A stretch of 64,000 bases of DNA from a bacterium (GTDB lineage: Bacteria > SZUA-182 > DTGQ01), in the NCBI GenBank assembly GCA_023512255.1, contig JAILZY010000010.1, positions 2,246 to 66,245 on the forward strand, written 5' to 3'. Below the pieces are notes generated by a model. It saw only the letters and a program-made list of their open reading frames with translations. It searched no databases and had not been told where the DNA came from. Both the position numbers and the translations under genes were made by a program. This document shows, piece after piece, positions 30,817-40,600 of this stretch (the first letter of the stretch is position 1; each line of letters starts with the position of its first letter).

Positions 30817-31783
30817 TAACTACATAGATTTTATTGTTTGTCCAGGCCAGACCGAGAGGCTGGCTGAACAGCCTGGGATTGCTCGACTGGCGCATAGAGT
30901 CAAGATATTCCCCCTTCTGGTTGAATACCTGGACCGAATTTGAGATAAAATCAGAAACATAAATCCGATCTCTGGCATCAATAGCCAGGCCATAGGGTCG
31001 AATAAATTCTCCCTCTTTGGTGCCGTTTTTGCCAAAAGCATAGCGAAATTTAAAATCAGGACTAAAAGACTGGACCCTGAAATTACCCGCATCAACGACA
31101 TAAATATTTCCTCGGCTATCGAAAGCAATATGAGCCGGACCGCTCAATCCTCCGTCTCCTCCGCCGGCAGTGCCGAAGGTGGCTTTTAATTCTCCAGAGA
31201 GTGTGTAGACTCCGATCTGGTGATTGCAGGCATCAGAGATATATAGCCGATTATCGAATGGATTGTAAGCGATAAAAGGGGCACAAAGATCGCGGCCTTT
31301 CTCTGGCTGGTGAAGGGGAAATTGCCCTTTAAGTTCGCCATCTGAGCTATAAATCAAAATCTTGTCTGTGGCCAGATCCGATACGTACACCCGATCCTGC
31401 CTGTCAATCGCTATCCCTGACGGCTCGCTCAGGTTTACTCCTTTGCCTTTTCCCTTGCCCTGCTTGGTCGGCTCTTGGCCAAAAGCAAACAGTAGCCGAC
31501 CCGAAGGATCAAATACCCGAATCTCATTGGTCAGCGAGCAGACAACAAAGAGGCGACCTTTGGAATCAAGGGCCAGCGCCGTGGGCTTGCCAGATGCTGG
31601 GCCTTGAAAACCAAGCTGAATCTGCCGCTCAAGCTGATAAAAGCTTTCTTTGCCGGCAGGTTGGCCAGCAGCCAGAGCTGAGCTGCTCAAGAGGAAGAGG
31701 GGAAAAAGCAGCGTCGCCAAGACAGATGCCAGAAAACCTTTTGGATTCAAAATCGGCTGGACAGTCATTATAATAGTCATCAT
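30773..31783 (-). CDS. NHL-repeat beta-propeller protein, secreted
   Basis: Signal peptide; blades GIAIDRQDRVYVSDLATDKILIYSSDGEL, NRLYISDACNHQIGVYTLSGEL, GNIYVVDAGNFRVQSFSPD, DRIYVSDFISNSVQVFNQKGEY, NKIYVVNAETKVVSVFDV. Confidence 0.75.
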   Translation of the reverse strand: MMTIIMTVQPILNPKGFLASVLATLLFPLFLLSSSALAAGQPAGKESFYQLERQIQLGFQGPASGKPTALALDSKGRLFVVCSLTNEIRVFDPSGRLLFAFGQEPTKQGKGKGKGVNLSEPSGIAIDRQDRVYVSDLATDKILIYSSDGELKGQFPLHQPEKGRDLCAPFIAYNPFDNRLYISDACNHQIGVYTLSGELKATFGTAGGGDGGLSGPAHIAFDSRGNIYVVDAGNFRVQSFSPDFKFRYAFGKNGTKEGEFIRPYGLAIDARDRIYVSDFISNSVQVFNQKGEYLDSMRQSSNPRLFSQPLGLAWTNNKIYVVNAETKVVSVFDVSK

Positions 31784-31937
31784 AATATAAAATATTTTGA
31801 TAATATAAAATATTCGATAAATATTCGATAAAATATTGCCCCCGCCACTGAGGGTTAAAATTCAAGCTTTCTGCTTGCTGAGGTCATAATTTTTCATCTT
31901 GAAAAACATCAATTATCTTCATTTTGAAGCTATAGTA

Positions 31938-31953
31938 AGCAAAAGATGTGCCA
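31938..31953 (-). promoter_or_regulatory. Candidate sigma-54 (-24/-12) promoter for the NHL-2/cytochrome-2 module: TGGCAC-atctt-TTGCt
   Basis: Reverse complement of 31939-31953 is a perfect TGGCAC-N5-TTGC match, about 145 nt upstream of the NHL-2 start codon and immediately downstream of the sigma-54 activator gene. Confidence 0.5.
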
Positions 31954-32173
31954 TAACCAAAACAAGATGCTATAACCAGCAGTAAACAAGAAATGTACCA
32001 TAACAAATAAGACCTTACCCTAAGACAATTGGCCGGGGAGAGTGTCTCTTAGGGTTAATCCCTGATACCTTGTATTACACATATTATGAAAAAAAAATAT
32101 AGATTTAGTCAATACTAATCTTGCTCTTTTTAGGGGAGAGCAAAAACAAGCCACACAGCTTTAGCACTTGTTT

Positions 32174-33727
32174 TTAGCTTGGCTCGTCAAGGCCATATCG
32201 TTTGATTTTCTTGTGTAAACCCTGCCTGGTAATCCCAAGCAAAGAGGCTGCTTTGTTCTTATTGCCCTGGGCTTCTTGAAGCGCTTTTCGGATAAGTCTA
32301 ATTTCCAAAGCCTTAACCTGCTCAGGGAGTGAATAATCAACGGCATCTTTCTCATGATCTTGCAGACTCTTGCTGAAATTTTGCAGCTCCCGTGAGCATT
32401 TGTCAATGGTAATTCGCTCCCCCTCAGGAGTTAGCGCAACCAGATGTTCTACCTCCCGCAGCAATTGGCGAACATTGCCCGGCCATGAATACTCCTCAAA
32501 CAGCCGCAAGACTTCAGGCGCAAAGCCAGCTACCCTTTTTTTGAATCTACGGCTTACTCGATCCAGAAAGGCTAAGGCCATAGTTACAATATCCTCCCGC
32601 CGCTCCCTGAGAGGCGGAATGTGGATCTCGACTGAAAACAGACGGAAGAAAAGATCCTCCCTGAAACGCCCCAAGGCCACCTCCTGGCGCAGGTCCTTGT
32701 TGGTTGAGCTGATGATCCGCAGATTATAGCGCATTACCTTGTTGCTTCCCAGCCGACAGCCTTCCCCCTCCTGAATGGCCCGCAAGAACTTAGGCTGAAT
32801 AGCCAGAGGCATATCAGCTACCTCATCCAGAAACAGTGTTCCGCCGTCAGCCTCCTCAAATCGACCCTTGCGGCTGGTAACCGCACCGGTGAACGCCCCT
32901 TTTTCATAGCCAAAGAATTCGCTTTCCATAAGATTTTCGAGAATCGAGGCACAGTTTACAGCCACAAAGGGTTTGTCGCGGCGGTCACTGCCTTCATGGA
33001 TCATTCGAGCAATAAGCTCCTTGCCGGTCCCGTGCTCGCCGTGGATGAAGACATTGACCGGAGTTTTGCTGATCATCCGCACCTCATCCATGATATTTCT
33101 CATAATCGGGCTTTCGACAATAAAGGGTATATCCCGAAAATAATTTCTTTCGAACCACTCGACCTCGCAGTTTAACTGGCTAGAGATTTGCAGAATCTCT
33201 CGGCTTAAAAGGATGCCCTCGATAGAGGTTGCAAGGAAAGAGGCGATTTCCTGCAATTGCTCCACATCTTCTGCGCTAAATCGCCCATCTCCCTTCTTGT
33301 TTAGTACCTCGATGGCTCCGATTACACCACGGCCAGTCAGACTTCTGATCGGAGCACAGATTAGACTGTGGGTAACAAAGCCGGTCTTGGCATCAATTTC
33401 AGTATGGAAACCGTGTCGCTTGTCCAGGTCATGCTCTACAATGCATTGATCGGTAGAGATAACCTTGCCGACAACACTTTCATCTTTGGGAGGCTCAATC
33501 TTCATTCCTTCTAGACCAGTGCCGAACATCGACCAGATTGTCCCCTTTTGTGCATCAGCCACAAAAACAGTGCAGCGTTCGGCATCCATAATTTTGGGCA
33601 GAATGGCTACGTAAAATTTCAGCAGGGCCTCATAATCGCCGACTGTCCAGGATTGGGTAACCTGCTCCAGACGAAATCTAAGGTTGGCAAGTCGCTGATG
33701 AATCATTTCAGGTTCATTGGCAGCCAC
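32174..33727 (-). CDS. Sigma-54-dependent transcriptional activator (bacterial enhancer-binding protein) with an N-terminal GAF sensor domain and a C-terminal Fis-type HTH
   Basis: GAF region ([17 protein letters not shown]..., ...[24 protein letters not shown]). AAA+ sigma-54 interaction domain ([25 protein letters not shown] motif, ...LFFRL..). [24 protein letters not shown]. No REC domain. Confidence 0.85.
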   Translation of the reverse strand: MAANEPEMIHQRLANLRFRLEQVTQSWTVGDYEALLKFYVAILPKIMDAERCTVFVADAQKGTIWSMFGTGLEGMKIEPPKDESVVGKVISTDQCIVEHDLDKRHGFHTEIDAKTGFVTHSLICAPIRSLTGRGVIGAIEVLNKKGDGRFSAEDVEQLQEIASFLATSIEGILLSREILQISSQLNCEVEWFERNYFRDIPFIVESPIMRNIMDEVRMISKTPVNVFIHGEHGTGKELIARMIHEGSDRRDKPFVAVNCASILENLMESEFFGYEKGAFTGAVTSRKGRFEEADGGTLFLDEVADMPLAIQPKFLRAIQEGEGCRLGSNKVMRYNLRIISSTNKDLRQEVALGRFREDLFFRLFSVEIHIPPLRERREDIVTMALAFLDRVSRRFKKRVAGFAPEVLRLFEEYSWPGNVRQLLREVEHLVALTPEGERITIDKCSRELQNFSKSLQDHEKDAVDYSLPEQVKALEIRLIRKALQEAQGNKNKAASLLGITRQGLHKKIKRYGLDEPS

Positions 33728-34143
33728 TCTTGTTCCTCCACCTTTGTGTAAATAATGTTTACTATTGTAACCTGGTTGACATATTATAACCTGGTTGACA
33801 TCTCACCTTCTGCATGATAACTCATGGAGGTGATGCCTCATCAAGACTCTTGGCTAATAACCTCGAGAGGCTATTTTTATTGTCTTTATATTTTACCATA
33901 CTACTACATTTATTGAATACTTGCCAGACAAAGTCAAAAAGAATTTTGAAGTGTTTATAAGTTCTAGGCTTGGCCGTCTTAACTATCTGTGGAATAAACT
34001 AGGGGTATTTTCGTCAACACTGTTTACAGCAAAATCCATATCCTGCCCTTCCCAGATAATCCTGATAACTGTGGTTGAGCGCTGAGTTTTTATCATAATT
34101 TCAGTTAGTTACCGGTATACTACAACTGAAGAGACAGGTTTAT

Positions 34144-34160
34144 TGGCATGTGGTTTGCAT
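34144..34160 (+). promoter_or_regulatory. Candidate sigma-54 (-24/-12) promoter facing the giant gene: TGGCAT-gtggt-TTGCAT
   Basis: GG-N10-GC spacing with a TTGCA -12 box. Divergent from the sigma-54 activator gene. About 500 nt upstream of the giant CDS and about 20 nt upstream of a small ORF. Confidence 0.45.
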
Positions 34161-34190
34161 CCGATATAAAGTAGTTTGCATCGGGAGATC

Positions 34191-34385
34191 ATGGCTGTAA
34201 TTGCTGTAGTTCAAAATGCACTCTCATCACAGCGGATCAAAGAAGGAGGATTTCACATCATGGCAAGCTCATTAATTAATATGGCAGGTATTATTTCCGC
34301 AGAGCAGGTTATTTTCTTGGTAATGATGATCAGCCTTTCCTTTATCCTAGTTAAACGAAGAAAATTCCCCGTACTGATCAAGTAG
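34191..34385 (+). CDS. Possible small (64-aa) membrane protein immediately downstream of the sigma-54 promoter
   Basis: ATG at 34191 with a GGGAG RBS. C-terminal hydrophobic helix IISAEQVIFLVMMISLSFILV followed by KRRK. No homology recognised; the call is speculative. Confidence 0.25.
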   Translation: MAVIAVVQNALSSQRIKEGGFHIMASSLINMAGIISAEQVIFLVMMISLSFILVKRRKFPVLIK

Positions 34386-34674
34386 GCTTAGGCCAGTTTT
34401 TTTCTAGGTATATGAGTGTAGATTGATTTGCGTAGTTTATTAGGCAAACCCAAAGACACACAGAATACAGAATGAGGAGGAGGGGAGAGTTTGGGGGATT
34501 TCAAAAAATTCCCTCTTTCCTTAAAGAGGGATCGAGAGGCAAAGCTTGAAAAAAAGCCTCTCGATCCCTTCTCCAAAAGAAGGTTTTAAGAGAAGATCTT
34601 CTGGCGAAGGAGGTGAGCTTATAGAGGGGAGAGAGAGTAAAAATTTTTCATAGTAGTAGCAAGAGGTTAGGTTT

Positions 34675-37600
34675 GTGAGGTCAAAGAGCAAAGAATTTTT
34701 TTCAGATCAGAAAGGAGTGCTAAGAATCATGTCTAAGGTAAAAGACAACTGGTGGGCCAAGTTAGTAAGCTCATCCTGTCTTGTGCTCTTTACCATAATA
34801 GCCCTTAGTGTTGGGTGTATGGGGATTTGGGTTAGCAAGACAGAGGCAGGAGGGGTAAACCTTTCGCTGAGTGGACAGGCGATTTATCCTCAGCCCGTGG
34901 ATCAGGAAGTGCCGGAAATTTACGGGACCAAGGTCGTCTGGATGCAGCAGGGGAATGATTATTATTACAAAGTATTCCTTGGCGATCTTGAGACCGGCAC
35001 CAGCAGGCAGCTTGGGAGCAGCCCGGCTGCGGAAAAGTATCCGGCCATCTGGGAGAATAAGGTTATCTGGATGGATTATCGAAGCATCATGGATGATCCA
35101 ACAGTAGAAAACAAATATGCATACATTTTCAAATACTATGATATGTATGGATATGACCTGGAGAAAAATCAGGAATTTCCCATTTGTACCAATCCAGAAT
35201 GGCAGGGATATGGAGATATCCAGAAGGATCGGGTTGTGTATGCTGATATGCGTACCGGCAGCCCGGATATCTTCCTCTATGACCTGAGAAGCAGTCAGGA
35301 ATACGCCATATGTATTCATCCCGCCTGGCAGGGAAATCCGGTCATTTATGATAATTATGTCATCTGGATGGACGAGCGCTCAGGCAATTATGATATCTAC
35401 GGCCTTGATCTAGCGACCGGTAAGGAATTTCCCATTTGCACCGCGGCTGATAACCAGGCTTATCCAGCTATCAGCGGCACAAAAGTGGTCTGGCAAGACA
35501 AAAGAAGTGGCAACGACGATATCTACCTCTATGATCTGGCCACAAAACAGGAAATCGCTATCTGTACCCATCCAGGAAAGCAGCAGGTGCCTGATATTTG
35601 CGGCAATATCATTGTCTGGCAGGATGACCGTAATGGGAATTGGGACATCTATGGTTATGATCTGACTACCTATCAGGAATTTCAGATTACTAACCAGAGC
35701 GGCGATGAGACCTTCCCTGCCATATCTGGTGATCGGATCGTCTGGGTGGATTCAAGGAGCGGCCACAAAAATATTTATGCGGCTACTTTGCCGTCTGGCT
35801 TTGCTCCACAAGCCAATAATCAGGTCAGAAATCGGGAGTCAATCACTGCTGCTAGCTCACTGGGTGACTCTATCACGGCCATGTCATTTGCTGCTAGCTC
35901 ACTGGCTAGCTCTATCGCCACCACGATTGCTCCGAATATCGAGATCTTAATACCCGAATTAATACCTGAAATCACCATACCCGCGATCACCTCTCCCATC
36001 ATCGAAGTGCCAAAAACCGGCCCCTCAATTATAGGCTACGAAAATAGCGGTTGTAAAAAAGAGATTACCTCTACCACCATCCGCGCTCCTGAGGAAGAGA
36101 AATTTACCTATAAGTATCAAGACAATATCCTTTATCTTTTTCATGAGAACGCCTCTTACAATTGCTGTATTGAGGAAATCGCCATCACTATGGAGGTGGT
36201 AGGAAATATCATCAATATTTATGAAGATGAAAGGCTTGAGGGAGGCGGCTGTCGATGTCTCTGCACCTATGATATAACCACTAAGATCGGCTGTCTTGAG
36301 CCTGGCACCTATGAGGTGAAATTCTTCAACAAGCAAACCGGCAAATTGCTCGGCGTGATCAAAGAGGTGGTTATTCCCCCGATTCCCTGTCTTCTTTCTG
36401 CCGCCGCACCGGTACAAAAATGCTGTCCACTTCCCTGCACCGATCCCATAAACCGCTGCTGTCCGTATGCCTCTGCTGTGCCAGAGCAAAGATGTGTGGT
36501 CTGTCCGGTGCCTTGGTGGCCATGTCCATGCAGCTATTTCGATGATATGGAGCAAGATACTTGGACATTCAGCCGAGGGATCAGCTCTTCTTCGTCCATC
36601 TCTACGCCGCTGCCACCTCCCCCAATTCAAGAGATTGATTATTCAACTGCCCAATACGTTTCACCGAAAAGATCAATCTGGGCCTATGTAGCCAGCTATC
36701 TTGAGACCGCGACCGATGCCAGTATTACTGGAGCAGGATACCGCACCCTTGGGGAAGGAGCAGAGCTTGCTACCGCTTCCAGCACCTCAGCATCCCTAGC
36801 GGCAGCAGCCAATGCCAGGGTAAGTGCTTCTCGGTCGTTTGAGCTTTGCGGCTGTGAGAATCTCAAGCTGAAGCTTTCTTACCAGATCCGCTACTCCATA
36901 AGCAAAATTAATCAATATCTCTATCGCCGCGTCGCGGTTGAGGTGATGGCTTATGATGCTGCTGGCAATCAGATGGGCAAGCGCACCTATGTCCTGTTTA
37001 GGAATCCTATCCAGGTATTGAGTCAGGAAGATATTGATATTGTGCTCCCTGCTCAGTCTGCATGGCAGACCCTGGCAAGATCCCTCCAAAAAGATATACC
37101 GATCAAATGGTGTGAGGCGAGAAAACTTCAGGTAATTTTAAAAGCCGAAGGATATTTCCCTGCTGGTCAGGGTGACTTTGTAGAAACATTCTGGGATGAT
37201 CTGGCCATTGAGGGGCAAAACTGTAATATCATCCTGCCGTGCTGTCCGCTGGCTCAGGCTGAGGTTGGGGCGGCAGATGCCCTGTGGTGTCGGCCCTGTC
37301 CTGTGGCTACGACGACAGCAGCCAGCCAGGCTCTGTGGTGCTGGCCCTGCCCGGTGGCTTCTGTTGATGCGGCAAGTGCAGATGCTCTGTGGTGTCGGCC
37401 ATGTCCCTATGAGATTCATATGCCAGATGGGACGATTAGGCGTTGCTGTCCTGTGGCTACGACGACAGCAGCCAACCAGGCTCTGTGGTGCTGGCCCTGC
37501 CCGATAGCGACTGGTGTTGAGGTCAATGTTCAGAGCTGGTGTTGTCCGCTGGCTAAGGCCGAGGTAGATACCCAGGTTTTGTGGTGTCGGCCCTGTCCTG

Positions 37601-40600
37601 TGGCCACTCAGCTTGATAATAACCTGATTCGCTGGTGCTGTCCGCTGGCCAAGGCTGAGGTGGATAGTCAGTCTTTGTGGTGCTGGCCCTGTCCGTATGT
37701 AGTGGAAAAGGATGGTCAGCTTACCCGCTGGTGTTGTCCTGTGGCTCAAAATGTAGACACGCAACTTTGGTGCAGGCCATGTCCTTATCCCAAGGCTACT
37801 GATAAGGAGCTTAATATATACTGCTGTCCTGTGGCTACGGCGACGGCGGCTGGCCAGGCAATGTGGTGTCGGCCTTGTCCTTTGGCTTCAGATGTAGCAG
37901 ATGAGGCACTCAAGCTTTGGTGCTGTCCGCTGGCTCAGGCTGAGGTTGGGGCGGCAGATGCCCTGTGGTGTCGGCCATGCCCTGTGGCTACGACGACGGC
38001 AGCCGGCCAGGCTCTGTGGTGCTGGCCCTGCCCGGTGGCTTCTGTTGATGCGGCAAGCGCAGATGCTCTGTGGTGTCGGCCATGTCCGGTTCCGATAACT
38101 CCGCTGCCTGACAATTGCCTAATTGGAACGGTTAAAGAAATTCAACATCATGTCTCGGTCGGACGATCTGATCTAAAGGTAGTGGATGAATCGGGAAATA
38201 TTAGGGAGATATCTGTACCGCTTACCCAGGCCGAAAATCTCAAGGTTGGCGATAAGGTTAAAGTTTGCATTGAGACGGATAAAAATGGCGAGATTATTTC
38301 AATCACCATTGAAAAGTACGATCCTAACGCACAGGTAGTGCCTCCAGCTCAGATTTGCTGTCCGCTGGCTCAGGCTGAGGTTGGGGCGGCAGATGCTCTG
38401 TGGTGTCGGCCATGCCCGATAGCTTCTGTTGATGCGGCGAGCGCAGATGCCCTGTGGTGTCGGCCATGCCCTGTGGCTACGACGACGGCAGCCGGCCAGG
38501 CTCTGTGGTGCTGGCCTTGCCCGATAGCTTCTGTTGATGCGGCGAGTGCAGATGCCCTGTGGTGTCGGCCATGTCCCTATGAGATTCATATGCCAGATGG
38601 GACGATTAGGCGCTGCTGCCCTGTGGCTACGGCGACGGCAGCCAACCAGGCTCTGTGGTGCCGGCCTTGTCCTGTGGCTTATGTTGATGCGGCGAGCGCA
38701 GATGCCCTGTGGTGTCGGCCCTGTCCTGTGGCTACGACGACGGCAGATGGCCAGGCCCTGTGGTGTCGGCCCTGTCCTGTGGCCACTCAGCTTGATAATA
38801 ACCTGATTCGCTGGTGCTGTCCGCTGGCCAAGGCTGAGGTGGATAGTCAGTCTTTGTGGTGCTGGCCCTGTCCGTATGTAGTGGAAAAGGATGGTCAGCT
38901 TACCCGCTGGTGTTGTCCTGTGGCTCAAAATGTAGACACGCAACTTTGGTGCAGGCCATGTCCTTATCCCAAGGCTACTGATAAGGAGCTTAATATATAC
39001 TGCTGTCCTGTGGCTACGGCGACGGCGGCTGGCCAGGCAATGTGGTGTCGGCCTTGTCCTTTGGCTTCAGATGTAGCAGATGAGGCACTCAAGCTTTGGT
39101 GCTGTCCGCTGGCTCAGGCTGAGGTTGGGGCGGCAGATGCTCTGTGGTGTCGGCCCTGTCCTGTGGCTACGACGACGGCAGCCGGCCAGGCTCTGTGGTG
39201 CTGGCCCTGCCCGATAGCTTCTGTTGATGCGGCAAGTACAGATGCCCTGTGGTGTCCGCCCTGCCCGGTGGCTACGACTACGGCAGCCGGCCAGGCTCTG
39301 TGGTGTCGGCCCTGCCCGGTGGCTTCTGTTGATGCGGCGAGCGCAGATGCCCTGTGGTGTCGGCCCTGCCCTGTGGCTACGACGACGGCAGCCGGCCAGG
39401 CTCTGTGGTGCCAGCCAGGAGTAGTTACCGAATGTTTAGAGGAAACCTCAGGAGCCTTGGACATTGAAGGCGCTCAGGCAGATGTGGGTGATGAGGTCAA
39501 GATCAAGATTCGGATTCAGAATGCGCCCGGTGTGGTATCTTCCTTCGGCTTTGAGGTTATCTACAGGTCGGATATTTTAGAGTATCAAGGCTTTGAGCGC
39601 GGAAATCTCGTACTTTCCTTCCCCATGATTGATGTTAGCCCAAGCGGCCCAGACAGGCTCAAGGTGGGAGGATTATCAGCGAATCCTATACCGCAGGGAG
39701 CAAGTGGTTCGGTTGTGGTGCTAAAATTCAAGGTCATAGGTGGTGTGAAAGATGAATGTTATCCCTTGAGTCTGGAAAATCTGGTAGATGATCTAGTCAA
39801 ATTCTCCAAAACTGGCGGCTGTCTATGCATCAAGGATACTGTACCACCTCAGATTACCTGCCCGGGAGATAGGGTTATCGGCCAGATAAATAGCGATGGT
39901 ACGCCTGCTGACGATCCTGAGGTAGTTGCCTTCCTCGCTGAGGCCAAAGCATGGGATGCAGTTGATGGTGAGGTTGCGGTTTCAGCCACCTTCCAATTTG
40001 ATCAGACCAGTGGAGTTACCAGCACTAGTGAGCCTGTCCCTGGAGCTGAAATAATTATAGATGCAGACGATCAAGCCAAGATATTTTCTGGCAATCCTCT
40101 TATCCTTCCTCCTGGCCAGACCACAGTAATCTTTACCGCTAGAGACAAAGCTGGCAACAGCTCTTCCTGCACAGCTACGATCACCATTCAGCCAATGGTA
40201 TGCGAGGAGGATGAGTCCGGGCAGCTCGATATTAAAGGCACGGAAGGCAGGATAGGAGAGGAAGTGAAGATTCCGATTCGGATTCAGAATGCGCCCGGTG
40301 CCATCTCTGCTCTTGGCTTTGAGGTAAGCTACAAACCCTCTGTCCTTGAGTATGTTGGGTTTGAGCGAGGAAGCCTGGCGGCCTCTTTCTCTGTCTTCGA
40401 TGTCAACCCAATTGCCTCTGGCAGGCTCATTGTAGGTGGATACTCCACCCGAGGTATCCCGCAGGGAGCAAGCGGCGATCTGCTTATCCTGAAGTTTAAG
40501 GTTAAGGATGGTATGGAAGGTGGATGCTATCCCTTGAAGCTGGATGGGCTGACGGATGATGTGGTTAACTTTACAGCCAGCCCGGGTTGCTTCTGTATCA

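Noticed and set aside
32051-32063. AGGGTTAATCCCT as an enhancer (UAS) palindrome for the sigma-54 activator
   Set aside because: On checking, it is not a true reverse-complement palindrome. Only the 4-bp ends pair.
37240-39415. CRISPR array hypothesis for the 60-bp periodic repeats, and for the 33-bp repeats at 53.2 kb
   Set aside because: Repeat units are contiguous with no unique spacers and maintain a long open reading frame. They are coding tandem repeats.
37138-39464. Several minus- and plus-strand ORFs (208, 214, 116, 103, 90, 66 and 65 aa) rich in Arg, Pro and Gly
   Set aside because: Frame shadows of the 60-bp coding repeats of the giant gene. The translations are periodic low complexity.
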